Positions 31,396-42,567 of a stretch of DNA of 64,000 nucleotides are shown piece after piece (the stretch's first letter is position 1; each line of letters starts with the position of its first letter). Source of the stretch: Microbacteriaceae bacterium (GTDB taxonomy: Bacteria; Actinomycetota; Actinomycetes; Actinomycetales; Microbacteriaceae); NCBI GenBank assembly GCA_007117135.1, contig SKHB01000010.1, forward strand, positions 21,762 through 85,761, read 5' to 3'. The notes under the pieces were generated by a model. It was not told the DNA's origin, made no database searches, and worked only from the letters and a program-made list of their open reading frames with translations. The translations under genes and the position numbers were made by a program.

Positions 31396-34299
31396 CTAGG
31401 CCTGCCCATTGCCCGAGAAATGGCGCTCATAGACTTGTCGGGCGATTCTCGTGTGCCGCAGATAGTGTTCTTCCAGTCGCGTCGCACTCCGAGGCGGATA
31501 GCCAAGAAGCCGAGCGGCTCCTTCCAACACGTCGCGGTCAGCGGGGAGAACATCCCCCGGCCGACCAAACAGGGTCAACGCGTTTCTCACACCGGTTGCG
31601 AGCACCCAGGCGTCGGCCAGCACTTTCGTGTCACTGGCTGGAATAAGCCCTTCGGCGGCCAAAGCGTCTAACCCATCAAGTGTGGTGACGGTTTGCAGGG
31701 CAGGGTAGGCGTGGCCGTAGGAGAGCTGAAAGAGCTGAACTAGCCATTCGACGTCACTCAGTGACCCGCGCCCCAGTTTAAGGTGCCTTTTGGGGTCAGC
31801 ACCCTGCGGCAACCTCTCCCCCTCCACCCGCGCTTTGATGCGGCGAATTTCTCGAAGTGCTTCCGGCGGGAAATCTGCCGGGTAGCGGATGCTATTTGCC
31901 AGCTCGGTAAAGTCGCTCAACAGCTCGGGTGAGCCAGCTATCGGGATGGCCCGAAGTAGTGCTTGGGCTTCCCACCCCAACGCCCACCGTTCGTAATATT
32001 GGCGGTAAGCATCGAGTGATCTGACCATCGGTCCGTTTTTCCCTTCGGGGCGTAAACCGGCGTCAAGCTCGAACGGAAAAAGTACATCGTCGGTGAGTTC
32101 GGTGATGCGTTTCACCACCTGAAGCGCTTCGGGAGCTGCTTGGTCTCCGATACCAACATCTCGGAACACCCACAAGACGTCAGCATCAGAGGAAAATCCG
32201 AGCTCTCCACCACCAAACCGCCCCATCGCAATGACGCCAAACTCTACTCCGTCAGGAACATCGGCTAGGGCAAGACCACCGTGAATGTATGCCACGTGAA
32301 GGTCGGTGAGAGCTTTCCCGACGGTGCGAGCGTCAATGGACCCCAGAATGGAACCCATCGATAGTCGCAGCAGTTCACGCCGGCGAAACTGCCGAAGGGC
32401 GTTGGCGCCCGCCTGATGGTCATCGGCATAACGCTGAGCGATGGCATCCATCTCATCGACCAGAGATGACCGTGTGCGAGGTTGTAATTCATCCCCATCG
32501 TCCAACCAACGGGCCCCATCGGGGATGCGCTCAAAAAGCGCGGCCACGTAACCGCTGGTGGCGAGCACCTTGGACAACCTGTTGGCTGCGCCCGAAGAAT
32601 CTCGCAACATTCGCAAGAACCAGTTTTTCTCCCCCAAGTCGTCACTGAGACGCCGAAAAGCCAAGAGCCCCCTGTCAGGGTCTGTTCCCTCGGCGAGCCA
32701 CCGCAAAATCACCGGCAACAAGTTGCGGTGTATCTGAGAACGCCTCGAGACCCCCTGGGTGAGTGCGGTGATGTGTGACAGGGCCCCGTCGGGATCTTTG
32801 AAACCTGAGGCGCGAAGACGGTCAGTGGCCTGCTCGCTGGTCAGCTCAATTCCCTGCTCCCCTCCCAACCCAGCAACAGCAGACAGCAGTGGCCGGTAAA
32901 AGAGGCGCTCGTGTAAAGATCTGACCTGTCGTTGCACCCCCCGCCACAACTCGACCAGCTCATCAGCGTTATCCGCGAGGGTGGTGGAGCGGGCTAGGAC
33001 ACGAAGGGCTTCCTCATCTCTTGGCATGAGGTGTGTTCTCACCAGGGCTGAGAGCTGCAAACGATGCTCCAGGGTGCGAAGAATGCGGTACGCCTGATCA
33101 AACTCGTATGCTTCCGGCCTGCCTACGTATCCGCGATCAGCCAAAGCGTGAAGAGAGTCGAGTGTGGCCAGGCGCCTCACGTGTTCGTCGGTCCCGCCAT
33201 GAACAAGTTGCAGAAGCTGGATGGTGAACTCGACATCACGCAATCCCCCTGGACCCAGTTTGAGTTGAACATCCACCTGGTCGCTCGGGATATGGTCGGT
33301 CACTCGTTCGCGCATCCGTTGAACCTGCTCAACAAAGCCTTCCTTTGTTGAGGCGGCCCAAATCATGGGATCAACACTCTCGCGATACTTCTTCCCCAGG
33401 TCGTGGTTTCCCGCCACCGGGCGAGACTTGATGAGAGCTTGGAACTCCCAATCCTTGGCCCACCTTTCGTAGTAGGCGATATGTGAAGAAAGAGTGCGCA
33501 CCAGGGCGCCATCTTTACCTTCAGGTCTGAGGTTTGCATCAACCTCCCACAGCCCCGGCTCCACCCCGTACTCCATGAGCACACGTTGCAGACCAACAGC
33601 TATCTGAGTGGCCTGACGCACGACATCATCAGAGTTGGCGCCGTCTGGCACATCTGTGACATAAATGACGTCAACATCTGAGAGGTAGTTCAACTCTCTT
33701 GCGCCCAACTTCCCCATACCAATTAACGCCAACGGAACATCCTCAGCGCTCCAGCCGGTGTCTCGCCGCATGATGCGAAGAGCGACCTCTAGCGCGGCCG
33801 AAGCCAAATCCGATAATCCGGCCGCCACGGTGTCAAAAATGTCCGGCGGATGGGGGTGAGAGAGGTCAAAAAGGCTCAGTCGAACAAGTTCCGACCGGTA
33901 CGCCACGCGCACGGCTTGAGTGGCATCTGGCAAAGCCAAGGAACGTGTTGCGGCATCGAACACAGCAACCGCTTCGTCGTGGCTCAGAGGTCTGGTCAGG
34001 GTCGCCGTTAGGCACTGCCAGTGACCGGGGTTTCTCATAAGAAAATCGGTCAAACCCGTGCTTGCACCGGTTGCGCGGATAAGGGCCTGGCGGTATTCGG
34101 GGTGCGCAAGTATGTGTTTCGTGGCGTCTGGCTGCGACTCCAACAACGTGGCGACAGACGCCAACGCTTGGTCCGTGTTTGCCGCGACAGTAAAAAGTTC
34201 TGGCTGCAAACCGGTGCGATGCAGGGTGTCACGCGCTTCGCTGAGGCGAACAAAACCGACACGGGCCAGTTCAGACAGCGACGACGGGCTTCGCACCAT
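31396..34299 (-). CDS. glnE: Bifunctional GS adenylyltransferase / adenylyl-removing enzyme
   Basis: Two nucleotidyltransferase domains (GMGKLGARELNYLSDVD and AMGRFGGGELGFSSDAD), with LRPEGK twice. Confidence 0.96.
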   Translation of the reverse strand: MVRSPSSLSELARVGFVRLSEARDTLHRTGLQPELFTVAANTDQALASVATLLESQPDATKHILAHPEYRQALIRATGASTGLTDFLMRNPGHWQCLTATLTRPLSHDEAVAVFDAATRSLALPDATQAVRVAYRSELVRLSLFDLSHPHPPDIFDTVAAGLSDLASAALEVALRIMRRDTGWSAEDVPLALIGMGKLGARELNYLSDVDVIYVTDVPDGANSDDVVRQATQIAVGLQRVLMEYGVEPGLWEVDANLRPEGKDGALVRTLSSHIAYYERWAKDWEFQALIKSRPVAGNHDLGKKYRESVDPMIWAASTKEGFVEQVQRMRERVTDHIPSDQVDVQLKLGPGGLRDVEFTIQLLQLVHGGTDEHVRRLATLDSLHALADRGYVGRPEAYEFDQAYRILRTLEHRLQLSALVRTHLMPRDEEALRVLARSTTLADNADELVELWRGVQRQVRSLHERLFYRPLLSAVAGLGGEQGIELTSEQATDRLRASGFKDPDGALSHITALTQGVSRRSQIHRNLLPVILRWLAEGTDPDRGLLAFRRLSDDLGEKNWFLRMLRDSSGAANRLSKVLATSGYVAALFERIPDGARWLDDGDELQPRTRSSLVDEMDAIAQRYADDHQAGANALRQFRRRELLRLSMGSILGSIDARTVGKALTDLHVAYIHGGLALADVPDGVEFGVIAMGRFGGGELGFSSDADVLWVFRDVGIGDQAAPEALQVVKRITELTDDVLFPFELDAGLRPEGKNGPMVRSLDAYRQYYERWALGWEAQALLRAIPIAGSPELLSDFTELANSIRYPADFPPEALREIRRIKARVEGERLPQGADPKRHLKLGRGSLSDVEWLVQLFQLSYGHAYPALQTVTTLDGLDALAAEGLIPASDTKVLADAWVLATGVRNALTLFGRPGDVLPADRDVLEGAARLLGYPPRSATRLEEHYLRHTRIARQVYERHFSGNGQA

Positions 34300-34308
34300 G
34301 GTCAGTGA

Positions 34309-35646
34309 CTACAGAATCTCCAGGTTGGACTGGAGCTCATAGGGCGTTACCTGGGCGCGGTATTCCTCCCAATCGCGACGCTTGTTGAGCAGCACGTAGT
34401 TGAATACTTGCTCGCCGAGAGTTTCGGCAACCAGTTCACTATCTTCCATGAGAGCGAGCGCGCGGTCGAGGCTTGCGGGTAATTCTTCGTAGCCGAGGGC
34501 ACGCCTCTCCCCCGGGGTCAACTCCCACACGGTGTCCTCCGCTTCCGGCGGGAGAACATACTCTTCGCGAATACCTTTCAAACCCGCTGCCAGAAGAAGG
34601 GAAAAAGCCAAGTAGGGGTTGGTCGCTGAATCCATGCCCCGGTATTCCACCCGGGCACTTTGGCCCTTACCCGGCTTATACAGCGGAACTCTCACCAGCG
34701 CGGAGCGGTTGTTGTGACCCCAGGTGACGTAACTGGGGGCCTCATGCCCACCCCACAGCCGCTTATACGAGTTCACAAACTGGTTAGTGACAGCAGTAAT
34801 TTCGGGAGCGTGTTTCAACAGCCCCGCCACAAATGATCGACCAATCTTCGAGAGTTGATATTTCTGACCCTGGTCGAAAAAGGCATTCGTGTCGCCCTCA
34901 AAGAGGGACAGGTGGGTGTGCATACCGGAACCGGGAAACCCGGCTAAGGGTTTCGGCATAAACGTTGCATAGACACCCTGCTCGATGGCGACCTCTTTGA
35001 CCACGGTGCGGAAAGTCATAATGTTGTCGGCGGTGGTGAGGGCGTCGGCGTAACGCAGATCGATTTCGTTTTGGCCGGGACCTGCTTCGTGGTGTGAAAA
35101 CTCCACCGAAATACCCAGGTCTTCCAGCATCCGCACGGCGCGACGCCTGAAATCGTGGGCGGTGCCGCCGGGGACGTTGTCAAAGTATCCTGCCTTGTCA
35201 ACAGGTTCCGGTCCGTTTTCCCCATAACTGCTCGACTTCAGCAGATAGAACTCGATTTCTGGGTGAGTATAAAAGGTGAAACCTAAATCGGCCGCGCCGG
35301 CAAGCTGACGCTTCAACACGTGTCTCGGGTCTGCGGCTGCCGGCTCCCCGTCCGGGGTGGTGATGTCGCAAAACATTCTGGCGGTCGGGTCAACCTCCCC
35401 CCGCCACGGCAAAATCTGGAAAGTGGTGGGGTCGGGGTGCGCGAGGACATCTGCCTCAAAAGCCCGAGTGAAGCCTTCAATGGACGACCCGTCGATACCG
35501 ACACCCTCGTGGAAAGCCCCCTCGACTTCTGCCGGGGCCACAGCAACCATTTTCAACGTACCGACAACATCGGTAAACCAGAGGCGAATGAACTTAACGC
35601 CTCTCTCTTCAATTGTCCGCAGCACAAACTCTCGCTGCTTATCCAT
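34309..35646 (-). CDS. glnA2: Glutamine synthetase family protein GlnA2
   Basis: MDKQREFVLRTIEER start, HHEAGPGQNEI and GSGMHTH. Trp replaces the adenylylated Tyr. Confidence 0.93.
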   Translation of the reverse strand: MDKQREFVLRTIEERGVKFIRLWFTDVVGTLKMVAVAPAEVEGAFHEGVGIDGSSIEGFTRAFEADVLAHPDPTTFQILPWRGEVDPTARMFCDITTPDGEPAAADPRHVLKRQLAGAADLGFTFYTHPEIEFYLLKSSSYGENGPEPVDKAGYFDNVPGGTAHDFRRRAVRMLEDLGISVEFSHHEAGPGQNEIDLRYADALTTADNIMTFRTVVKEVAIEQGVYATFMPKPLAGFPGSGMHTHLSLFEGDTNAFFDQGQKYQLSKIGRSFVAGLLKHAPEITAVTNQFVNSYKRLWGGHEAPSYVTWGHNNRSALVRVPLYKPGKGQSARVEYRGMDSATNPYLAFSLLLAAGLKGIREEYVLPPEAEDTVWELTPGERRALGYEELPASLDRALALMEDSELVAETLGEQVFNYVLLNKRRDWEEYRAQVTPYELQSNLEIL

Positions 35647-35698
35647 GATGGTTCCCTCCGGCCACGCTCAACTGGGTCACCCCATTAGGCTACTGGGT

Positions 35699-37447
35699 AT
35701 GCCCAGTTTGCGCGTCGCGCTTGCCCAAACTCACCCCGTTGTGGGGGATTTTCAGGCCAACACCGCCGGCCTCCTCGCCGCCTGCCGCAACGCCTACGAC
35801 CAGGGCGCGCAGGTGGTGGTTGCCGGTGAATTGGCTCTGAGCGGCTACCCGATTGAAGACCTTGCACTTCGGGACACCTTTTTAGCGGCAGGGACACGGT
35901 CTGCTCAAATGTTTGCACAGAAGTTGGCCGAGACGGGCATGGCTGACCTTGTCGTCGTGGTGGGCCACCCCAGCGGCCCGCACCCCACCCTGACCACGCC
36001 GTTCACCCCCACGCACCCCCAACGGGCCAAAAACGTTGTCAGCGTCTGTCACGGTGGGGACATCGTTGCCACATATGCCAAACACCATCTGCCCAACTAT
36101 GGTGTTTTTGACGAGTTCCGCACTTTTGTTCCCGGCACAGACAACCTCATTGTCCGAATTGGTGGCGTGGACTGCGGAGTAATTATCTGCGAAGACCTGT
36201 GGCGAGATGACGGTCCGATACAGACCCTCACCGGGTACCCCATCGGACTCCTGCTTGTTCCCAACGCCTCACCGTTTGAACGAGACAAAGACGAAGTCAG
36301 GCTTCCCCTTGTCACCCGCCGCGCCACGTCAATGAAAACCACCGTGTGTTACACCAACATTGTCGGCGGTCAAGACGACCTCGTCTTCGACGGTGATTCC
36401 ATGGTCGTGGGACCAGGCGGAGAACTGCTCGCCAGAAGCCCGCAGTTCATTGACCACCTGATTGTGGTCGACTGCGATGTGCTCTCAGCAGACGAGGCGA
36501 CACCCCTGCCCCCGAACACGCGGCTTGTTGACGTCCCGGCGAGGAGCATCACAGACCCCCCGGCCCTTCCGCCGACCATCGCCCCCGCTCTCGATGACAA
36601 TGACCAGTTGTGGCAGGCGCTCGTTCTGGGGCTTCGCGACTATGTGGAAAAAAACGGTTTTCGCAGCGTGATTCTGGGTCTCTCCGGGGGCATCGACTCA
36701 GCCGTGTGCGCAGCTCTCGCCGTTGATGCGCTGGGGCAAGACCGGGTCGTGGGAGTGTCAATGCCGAGTGTTCACTCCAGTGACCATTCCAGGAACGACG
36801 CCGCAAATTTGGCGGAAAGGCTTGGCATCACCTACCGGGTGGAACCCATTGCAGATCTTGTTTCCCCGTTTGACCAACAATTGGGGCTCACCGATTTGGC
36901 AGCCGAAAACGTTCAAGCGAGGGTCCGTGGAGTGATTTTGATGTCGCTCAGCAATACCGACGGCCACTTGGTGTTGACGACTGGAAACAAAACAGAGCTC
37001 GCCGTGGGTTATTCGACGATTTATGGTGACAGTGTCGGCGGCTATGCGCCCATCAAAGATGTCCCCAAAATGTTGGTGTGGGAATTGGCCAGGTGGCGAA
37101 ACCAGGTCGCAGAGAAGCGCGGCGTCACTGCGCCCATCCCCCCCAATTCAATAGACAAACCTCCCAGTGCGGAGCTTCGGCCCGGGCAACTCGACCAAGA
37201 CTCGTTGCCTGACTACGCCGTCTTGGACGCCATCTTGGACCTATTTATTGTCAAAGGTCTCGACGTGCCCGATATTGTCCAAGAAGGCTTCGACGAAGAA
37301 ACAGTGAAAACCGTGGTGACACTGGTGGACCGAGCTGAGTGGAAAAGACGTCAGGGGGCAATTGGGCCGAGAATTTCCTCGGTCGCATTCGGCCGAGACC
37401 GTCGTCTGCCTGTCACCGCCAGGCGGACACCTCCTGAAGGCGGGTAG
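35699..37447 (+). CDS. nadE: Glutamine-dependent NAD+ synthetase
   Basis: Nitrilase triad (GEL, YAKHHLPNYGVFDE, ICEDLW) plus SGGIDS, TTGNKTE and PPSAEL. Confidence 0.95.
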   Translation: MPSLRVALAQTHPVVGDFQANTAGLLAACRNAYDQGAQVVVAGELALSGYPIEDLALRDTFLAAGTRSAQMFAQKLAETGMADLVVVVGHPSGPHPTLTTPFTPTHPQRAKNVVSVCHGGDIVATYAKHHLPNYGVFDEFRTFVPGTDNLIVRIGGVDCGVIICEDLWRDDGPIQTLTGYPIGLLLVPNASPFERDKDEVRLPLVTRRATSMKTTVCYTNIVGGQDDLVFDGDSMVVGPGGELLARSPQFIDHLIVVDCDVLSADEATPLPPNTRLVDVPARSITDPPALPPTIAPALDDNDQLWQALVLGLRDYVEKNGFRSVILGLSGGIDSAVCAALAVDALGQDRVVGVSMPSVHSSDHSRNDAANLAERLGITYRVEPIADLVSPFDQQLGLTDLAAENVQARVRGVILMSLSNTDGHLVLTTGNKTELAVGYSTIYGDSVGGYAPIKDVPKMLVWELARWRNQVAEKRGVTAPIPPNSIDKPPSAELRPGQLDQDSLPDYAVLDAILDLFIVKGLDVPDIVQEGFDEETVKTVVTLVDRAEWKRRQGAIGPRISSVAFGRDRRLPVTARRTPPEGG

Positions 37448-37456
37448 GGTGGTCGC

Positions 37457-38272
37457 ATGACCGAGCCGGTAAAGCGCGTGCGTGTCCGCCATTTTGGCCA
37501 GGCAAAACATGACGGCACGAAAATTGTTGGCCTCACCTCCTACGATTACCTCACGGCCGGCATTTTTGATCGTGCCGGTGTCGACTTCCTGTTGGTTGGT
37601 GACTCAGCCGGAAACGTGGTCTTCGGCCACGACACCACCGTTCCCACCACGGTTGATGAGCTCATTCCCCTCACCAAAGCGGTCGTTCGAGCGTCAACAC
37701 GAGCTCTTGTCGTCGCCGACCTCCCCTTTGGGTCGTACGAGTCAGGGCCTGACGATGCCCTACATACTGCCGTTCGTTTCATGAAAGAAACCGGTGCACA
37801 CGCGGTGAAATTAGAGGGTGGTGTTCGCTCCACTCCCCAAATCGAAAGACTTGTCAACTCGGGTATTCCTGTCATGGGTCATGTCGGCTTTACGCCACAG
37901 TCAGAACACGGCCTGGGAGGCCATGTTGTTCAGGGGCGCGGAGCAAACAGGCAGCAAGTCATCGACGACGCTGTGGCTGTGGAACGGGCGGGAGCGTTTG
38001 CGGTGGTGTTGGAGATGGTGCCGGAAAACGTCGCCACAGAGGTGACGCAAGCTCTCACCATCCCCACCATTGGTATTGGTGCCGGCCGTTACACCGATGG
38101 TCAAATTCTTGTCTGGACGGACCTGTTGGGTGTGAACACCGGTCGACTCCCCCGATTTGTCACCGAATACGCCCAGTTGGCTGCACACATGGGTGACGCC
38201 GTGGCATCTTGGCGTGACGATGTCAGAAACGGCGTTTTTCCTTCCGAAGAGAACATCTTCACAGACGACTAA
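37457..38272 (+). CDS. panB: 3-methyl-2-oxobutanoate hydroxymethyltransferase
   Basis: [27 protein letters not shown] and DGQILV motifs. Confidence 0.96.
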   Translation: MTEPVKRVRVRHFGQAKHDGTKIVGLTSYDYLTAGIFDRAGVDFLLVGDSAGNVVFGHDTTVPTTVDELIPLTKAVVRASTRALVVADLPFGSYESGPDDALHTAVRFMKETGAHAVKLEGGVRSTPQIERLVNSGIPVMGHVGFTPQSEHGLGGHVVQGRGANRQQVIDDAVAVERAGAFAVVLEMVPENVATEVTQALTIPTIGIGAGRYTDGQILVWTDLLGVNTGRLPRFVTEYAQLAAHMGDAVASWRDDVRNGVFPSEENIFTDD

Positions 38273-38457
38273 TTCCCCTCCCCCTGCTCATCCTCGTCCC
38301 ACGCCTTGGAGCGCTCACGCCAAATCTCTGGCGCCCTCAGGGCTTCCTCTCGAGTGGCGTAGGGGCCATCTCGATGAATTGACGGGGACTGGCGCCCCTT
38401 TTCTACTTCGCCTGTTTTGTGGTTATACCACCAGGCATCATCAGCTGACACAGCCAT
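38269..38457 (-). CDS. Small conserved actinobacterial protein (62 aa)
   Basis: WWYN..TGEVE.G...[10 protein letters not shown] pattern, typical of the small ORF divergent from map. Confidence 0.75.
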   Translation of the reverse strand: MAVSADDAWWYNHKTGEVEKGRQSPSIHRDGPYATREEALRAPEIWRERSKAWDEDEQGEGN

Positions 38458-38506
38458 CGCAGCGCCCCTTTCGCCCGCACTCAGACACCTCGCTTACACT
38501 CATAGG

Positions 38507-39373
38507 GTGCCAAAAAATCCTTCGGGTGTGCTGATTCCGGGAATTCTCTCGCCATGGCGGGAGGTTCCCGAATCCATTGTTCGACCCGAGTATGTCGGAA
38601 AAAAGTCCGCCAAGGAAGGCTTTGTGGGGGACTTTTATTCCCCCGACGACATTGAGAAGATTCGTATCGCAGGTTCCCTTGCAGCCCGAGCGCTGGTCGA
38701 AGTGGAGAAGGCCATCTCGCCGGGAGTGACCACCGACCGTTTAGATGCCATCGCCCACGACTACCTGATTAGCCATGGCGCCTACCCGTCAACCCTTGGT
38801 TACCGCGGTTACCCCAAGTCCTGCTGCACGTCCATCAACGAAGTTATTTGTCACGGCATCCCCGACGACACTGTCCTAGAAGACGGCGACATTGTGAACG
38901 TTGACATCACCGCATACATTGACGGCATGCATGGCGACACCAACAAGACTTTTGCCGTCGGGACAGTTTCCGAAGAAACAGCGCTTCTCATTGAGCGCAC
39001 CGAGGAGGCCATGAACCGGGGCATCCGGGCAGTCAAGCCAGGCCGTCAAATAAATGTAATCGGCCGGGCCATTGAAACCTATGCTGGACGTTTTGGGTAC
39101 GGGGTGGTGAGGGATTTCACCGGGCACGGGGTTGGTGCGGAATTCCACTCAGGCCTGATCATTCCCCACTACGACACCGCCCCCCACGCCAGTGAGGTCA
39201 TGGAAGCTGGCATGGTATTCACCATTGAACCGATGCTCACCCTCGGTGACTACACCTGGGATATGTGGGCAGACGGGTGGACAGTGACCACACGAGACAA
39301 GTCACTCAGTGCCCAGTTCGAACACACCATTGTTGTCACCGAGACTGGAGCGGAGATTTTGACACTGCCATGA
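38507..39373 (+). CDS. map: Methionine aminopeptidase type I
   Basis: [34 protein letters not shown] and AQFEHT motifs. Leaderless GTG. Confidence 0.96.
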   Translation: MPKNPSGVLIPGILSPWREVPESIVRPEYVGKKSAKEGFVGDFYSPDDIEKIRIAGSLAARALVEVEKAISPGVTTDRLDAIAHDYLISHGAYPSTLGYRGYPKSCCTSINEVICHGIPDDTVLEDGDIVNVDITAYIDGMHGDTNKTFAVGTVSEETALLIERTEEAMNRGIRAVKPGRQINVIGRAIETYAGRFGYGVVRDFTGHGVGAEFHSGLIIPHYDTAPHASEVMEAGMVFTIEPMLTLGDYTWDMWADGWTVTTRDKSLSAQFEHTIVVTETGAEILTLP

Positions 39374-40125
39374 GTGACCACGCAATCGGAATTGATGTCG
39401 GAGGAACCGGAATCAAAGGTGCCCTCGTGGACGTGATCACCGGCGAACTCCTCTCTGAGCGATTCAAATACTCCACACCCCCGGACGCCACTCCAGAGGA
39501 TGTTGTTGACGCCATCCGGAAAATCATCGCTGATGTGGGGACGGCAGGAGACAACCTTCCCCTCGGCGTGTGTGTACCGTCTGTGGTGCGACACGGGGTC
39601 ACCAAATCGGCGGCAAATATTTCTGACGTGTGGATTGATTTTCCGGCCGAAGAATTTTTGGAAAAAGCACTCGGTCGAAACATTGTCATCGTGAATGACG
39701 CCGATGCGGCCGGTGTGGCAGAAGCCCACTACGGGGTCGCCAAAGATGTTCCGGGCCTGGTTATTGTCACCACCTTGGGCACGGGCATCGGTAGTGCTTT
39801 TGTTTTTGACGGTGAGCTGGTTCCCAACTCCGAACTGGGCCACCTTGAGCTTGATGGCGCAGACGTTGAAACGACCACTTCTCGGCTGGCAGCAGAACGT
39901 GACCAGTTGGACTTCCCCGCCTGGGCCATCCGGTTGCAACGTTTTTATTCTCACGTCGTTCGAATCTTCAGCCCTGATCTGATTGTTGTGGGCGGTGGGG
40001 TGAGCAAGCAGGCAGAGAAATTTCTCCCTCTCATTGACATTGACACGCCCATTCTTCCCGCCACGCTTCGGAACAACGCCGGAATACTGGGCGTGGCGTA
40101 CTTGGCGGCAACGACCAGAGACTAA
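39370..40125 (+). CDS. ppgK: Polyphosphate/ATP glucokinase (ROK family)
   Basis: [34 protein letters not shown] and NNAGILG motifs. Confidence 0.92.
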   Translation: MSDHAIGIDVGGTGIKGALVDVITGELLSERFKYSTPPDATPEDVVDAIRKIIADVGTAGDNLPLGVCVPSVVRHGVTKSAANISDVWIDFPAEEFLEKALGRNIVIVNDADAAGVAEAHYGVAKDVPGLVIVTTLGTGIGSAFVFDGELVPNSELGHLELDGADVETTTSRLAAERDQLDFPAWAIRLQRFYSHVVRIFSPDLIVVGGGVSKQAEKFLPLIDIDTPILPATLRNNAGILGVAYLAATTRD

Positions 40126-40128
40126 AAC

Positions 40129-40477
40129 AAGAGGCCGGCCGATACGCCGGGTTCTGTCCCACACTGTGGTGACGGCCATCTATCTCGAGGTCACGTTGCC
40201 GTGACCCTCTAGCGACCTACCCGGTGTCTAGGCGAGCAACCGTATCGACACCTGCTTGGTCTTGCTCCGGGCGAGGTTTACCAAGCAAACACAGTCACCT
40301 GTGTTTCTGGTGGTCTCTTACACCACCTTTTCACCCTTACCCCCGGAGGGGCGGTTTATTTTCTGTGGCACTATCTCGCGGATTACTCCGGGTGGGTGTT
40401 ACCCACCGCCCTGCTCTGTGGAGCCCGGACGTTCCTCGGCAACCCTCAGGTTGACGCGACCGTCTAGCCGACCTCTT
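40129..40477 (-). ncRNA. rnpB: RNase P RNA (bacterial type A)
   Basis: Minus strand has GAGGAACGTCCGGGCTC, AGTGCCACAGAAA and ACAGAACCCGGCGTA. The termini AAGAGGTCGGC/GCCGGCCTCTT pair as P1. Confidence 0.96.
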
Positions 40478-40518
40478 GAATTAGTGCTCTTAGAATACCG
40501 CGCCCGGGCATATCCGCA

Positions 40519-40944
40519 CTAGTAGAGGTGTTCAAAGTCAGCGCCCGTATCGAGGGCCTTATTGGCCAGACGGTCAGCATCAGAGTTATCTTCCCGGGGA
40601 ACCCAGGTGAAACTCACCGCCATGTCTCCAATAACCTGCCAAGCGCGTTTCACCAGTTGTTGCATGTCGGGGTGCTTTACTTTCCACCGCCCAGACATCT
40701 GCTCGACAACAAGTTTCGAATCCAGGCGAATGGTCACGGTGGCATCGGGGAACAATTTTTTTGCCACTTCGACCCCCGCAATCATTCCCCGATATTCGGC
40801 GACATTATTTGTTGCCACTCCACATATCACACCCACTTCGGCAACGACGTCACCAGTGTCGGCACGGGTCACCACTGCTCCGCCAGCGGCGTCACCGGGA
40901 TTACCACGGGATGCGCCATCGGCGTGAATAATCAGCTCAGTCAC
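40519..40944 (-). CDS. rnhA: Ribonuclease HI (stand-alone, no CobC fusion)
   Basis: ADGASRGNPG, TNNVAEY, DSKLVVEQM and WVPREDN..AD.LAN motifs. Confidence 0.92.
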   Translation of the reverse strand: MTELIIHADGASRGNPGDAAGGAVVTRADTGDVVAEVGVICGVATNNVAEYRGMIAGVEVAKKLFPDATVTIRLDSKLVVEQMSGRWKVKHPDMQQLVKRAWQVIGDMAVSFTWVPREDNSDADRLANKALDTGADFEHLY

Positions 40945-40953
40945 CGAAAAAGC

Positions 40954-41676
40954 CTAACCGGCGCGAACCAAAATAGCGTTCGAATCGGGGCACAACAGCA
41001 CATCGTCATCAGCCGCCTGCCGGATCTGCTGCAAGTCTGATTCGGTGAGCTGAACACCGCTCGCTGTTGATATGGCGCCACGCAGCTCGCTCACGCCCAC
41101 GCCGTACCGTTCGCGCTGTCGGTCGTAAAGCTGGACTAAATCATCGGGTAATCCGGCGGTGAGCGCTTCGCGCTGAGCCAGCAAAGCTTTTCTGTTCTGG
41201 TCCCACTCCGCGCTCTGTGAGGCAACCTCAGCGAAAGCACTATCGAGGCGGGTTTGGATGTCCGCAACCCGCGTTTTCGTTTCTCCCAGGGCGGCGGTCG
41301 CGTGGTCGAGTTTTTCCATAACCTCTAATTCGACGTCTTCGAGGAGAGTTTTGCGGGCAGCCAATGTGTGTAGCTCATGCTCCAAGCCTTGGGCGTCTTT
41401 CGCCGACGTTGTTGCTTGGAGGCGTTCTTTATCCTGGGCGATGCGCTTGTCCACGAGTTCGACGTCTGATTCAGCCCGCTTCACATCCGCCTGAAAACCG
41501 TCGACGTCCTCCTGGGCGAGCCGCAACTGTTCGCGGGCCTCCTGCAGTTCAGCTTCCGCCTCAGCAGCTACCTGCCTGGCGGGCAAAGACTGGAGAGTTT
41601 TTGCCCCCCGAACAAGGTCTGTGTCAATCTGGCCCAGCTCGAGAAGTGCTGCTTGGTGTTCGGGTGCTGCTTTCAC
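40954..41676 (-). CDS. Coiled-coil protein with degenerate C-terminal zinc ribbon (DUF164-like)
   Basis: Long coiled coil, L...YD, and C-terminal STAS...CPDSNAILVR; conserved position between nif3 and rnhA. Confidence 0.85.
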   Translation of the reverse strand: MKAAPEHQAALLELGQIDTDLVRGAKTLQSLPARQVAAEAEAELQEAREQLRLAQEDVDGFQADVKRAESDVELVDKRIAQDKERLQATTSAKDAQGLEHELHTLAARKTLLEDVELEVMEKLDHATAALGETKTRVADIQTRLDSAFAEVASQSAEWDQNRKALLAQREALTAGLPDDLVQLYDRQRERYGVGVSELRGAISTASGVQLTESDLQQIRQAADDDVLLCPDSNAILVRAG

Positions 41677-41726
41677 GGTTGTCCTCCACGCCCAGTCTAG
41701 GTGGGGATAAGCCGTTGGAAAATCTC

Positions 41727-42557
41727 TCAGCCAGCCAAAACGACGAAATCCCACGGGTCAGTGACCAGGTCACTCACACTGACTTTCAGGTCGGGGAAAA
41801 TATTCTGAAGTTCTCGCCCCGCCGACTCCACCCACATCCACTCAGCGGCAAAATGGGAAATATCAATGAGTGCCGGGCCTGCTCCCCCGCTTCGTTGGGC
41901 CTGAATTTCACTGGCCGGGTGGTGGCGCAGGTCACTGGTGATATAAACATCGGCAGAGGTGACCAGGGGGTGTGAAAGCAAAGAATCTCCCGCCCCCGCA
42001 CACACAGCTACACGCGTTACCGGCGCATTCGCATCCCCGGACACTCGAATACCCGAAGCAGTGCGGGGGAGGATACCTCCGAGGGTGGTGGCAAGGTCGT
42101 ACAGGCTGGTGGCCGTTGTCAGGACTCCCACCTGGCCAAGCCCGTGGCCCGGGGTGTGAGAGGGAACAATCACCTCACGGTCGGCCAGGCCCAGGGCGTT
42201 AGCTAACACCTGGGAGGTGCCCGTGGGAACCACATCGGCGTTAGTGTGTGCGGCGAGGAGCGCCATCTTATGTCTAATTAGTGCTGAGATCACGCGGCCT
42301 TTGTAGCGGTCTTCTGCCACCGAGTGCACAGGTTTGAGAAGTAAGGGGTGGTGGGAAATAACCAGATCGGCGTTCGCTTCTGTCGCCTCAGCAATGGTGT
42401 CTGGCACGGCGTCGACGACAAGTCGGATATGTGACACTGGCGCGTCGAGGTCGCCGACAACGAGACCCGGCGCATCCCAGTCTTCAGCGCCTCCCACCGG
42501 CCACAACCGCTCCAATCGTTCCAGAACACTTCGCAGTGGAAGAGGAGAACCAGACAT
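41727..42557 (-). CDS. Nif3-like dinuclear metal centre protein
   Basis: AEDWD..GL.VG, HHPLL, HTNAD, GAGDS, SDLRHH and HFAAE motifs. Confidence 0.92.
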   Translation of the reverse strand: MSGSPLPLRSVLERLERLWPVGGAEDWDAPGLVVGDLDAPVSHIRLVVDAVPDTIAEATEANADLVISHHPLLLKPVHSVAEDRYKGRVISALIRHKMALLAAHTNADVVPTGTSQVLANALGLADREVIVPSHTPGHGLGQVGVLTTATSLYDLATTLGGILPRTASGIRVSGDANAPVTRVAVCAGAGDSLLSHPLVTSADVYITSDLRHHPASEIQAQRSGGAGPALIDISHFAAEWMWVESAGRELQNIFPDLKVSVSDLVTDPWDFVVLAG

Positions 42558-42567
42558 CTGACCCACT

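Noticed and set aside
35357-35698. Long N-terminal extension of nadE
   Set aside because: It overlaps glnA2 on the opposite strand; the nitrilase domain begins at the leaderless ATG at 35699.
29909-37447. Functional link between heliorhodopsin and glnA/glnA2/nadE
   Set aside because: These genes are 25-30 kb away in their standard conserved cluster, so the sequence gives no evidence of linkage here.
40224-40522. Short ORFs over the RNase P RNA region
   Set aside because: The region is explained by rnpB on the minus strand.
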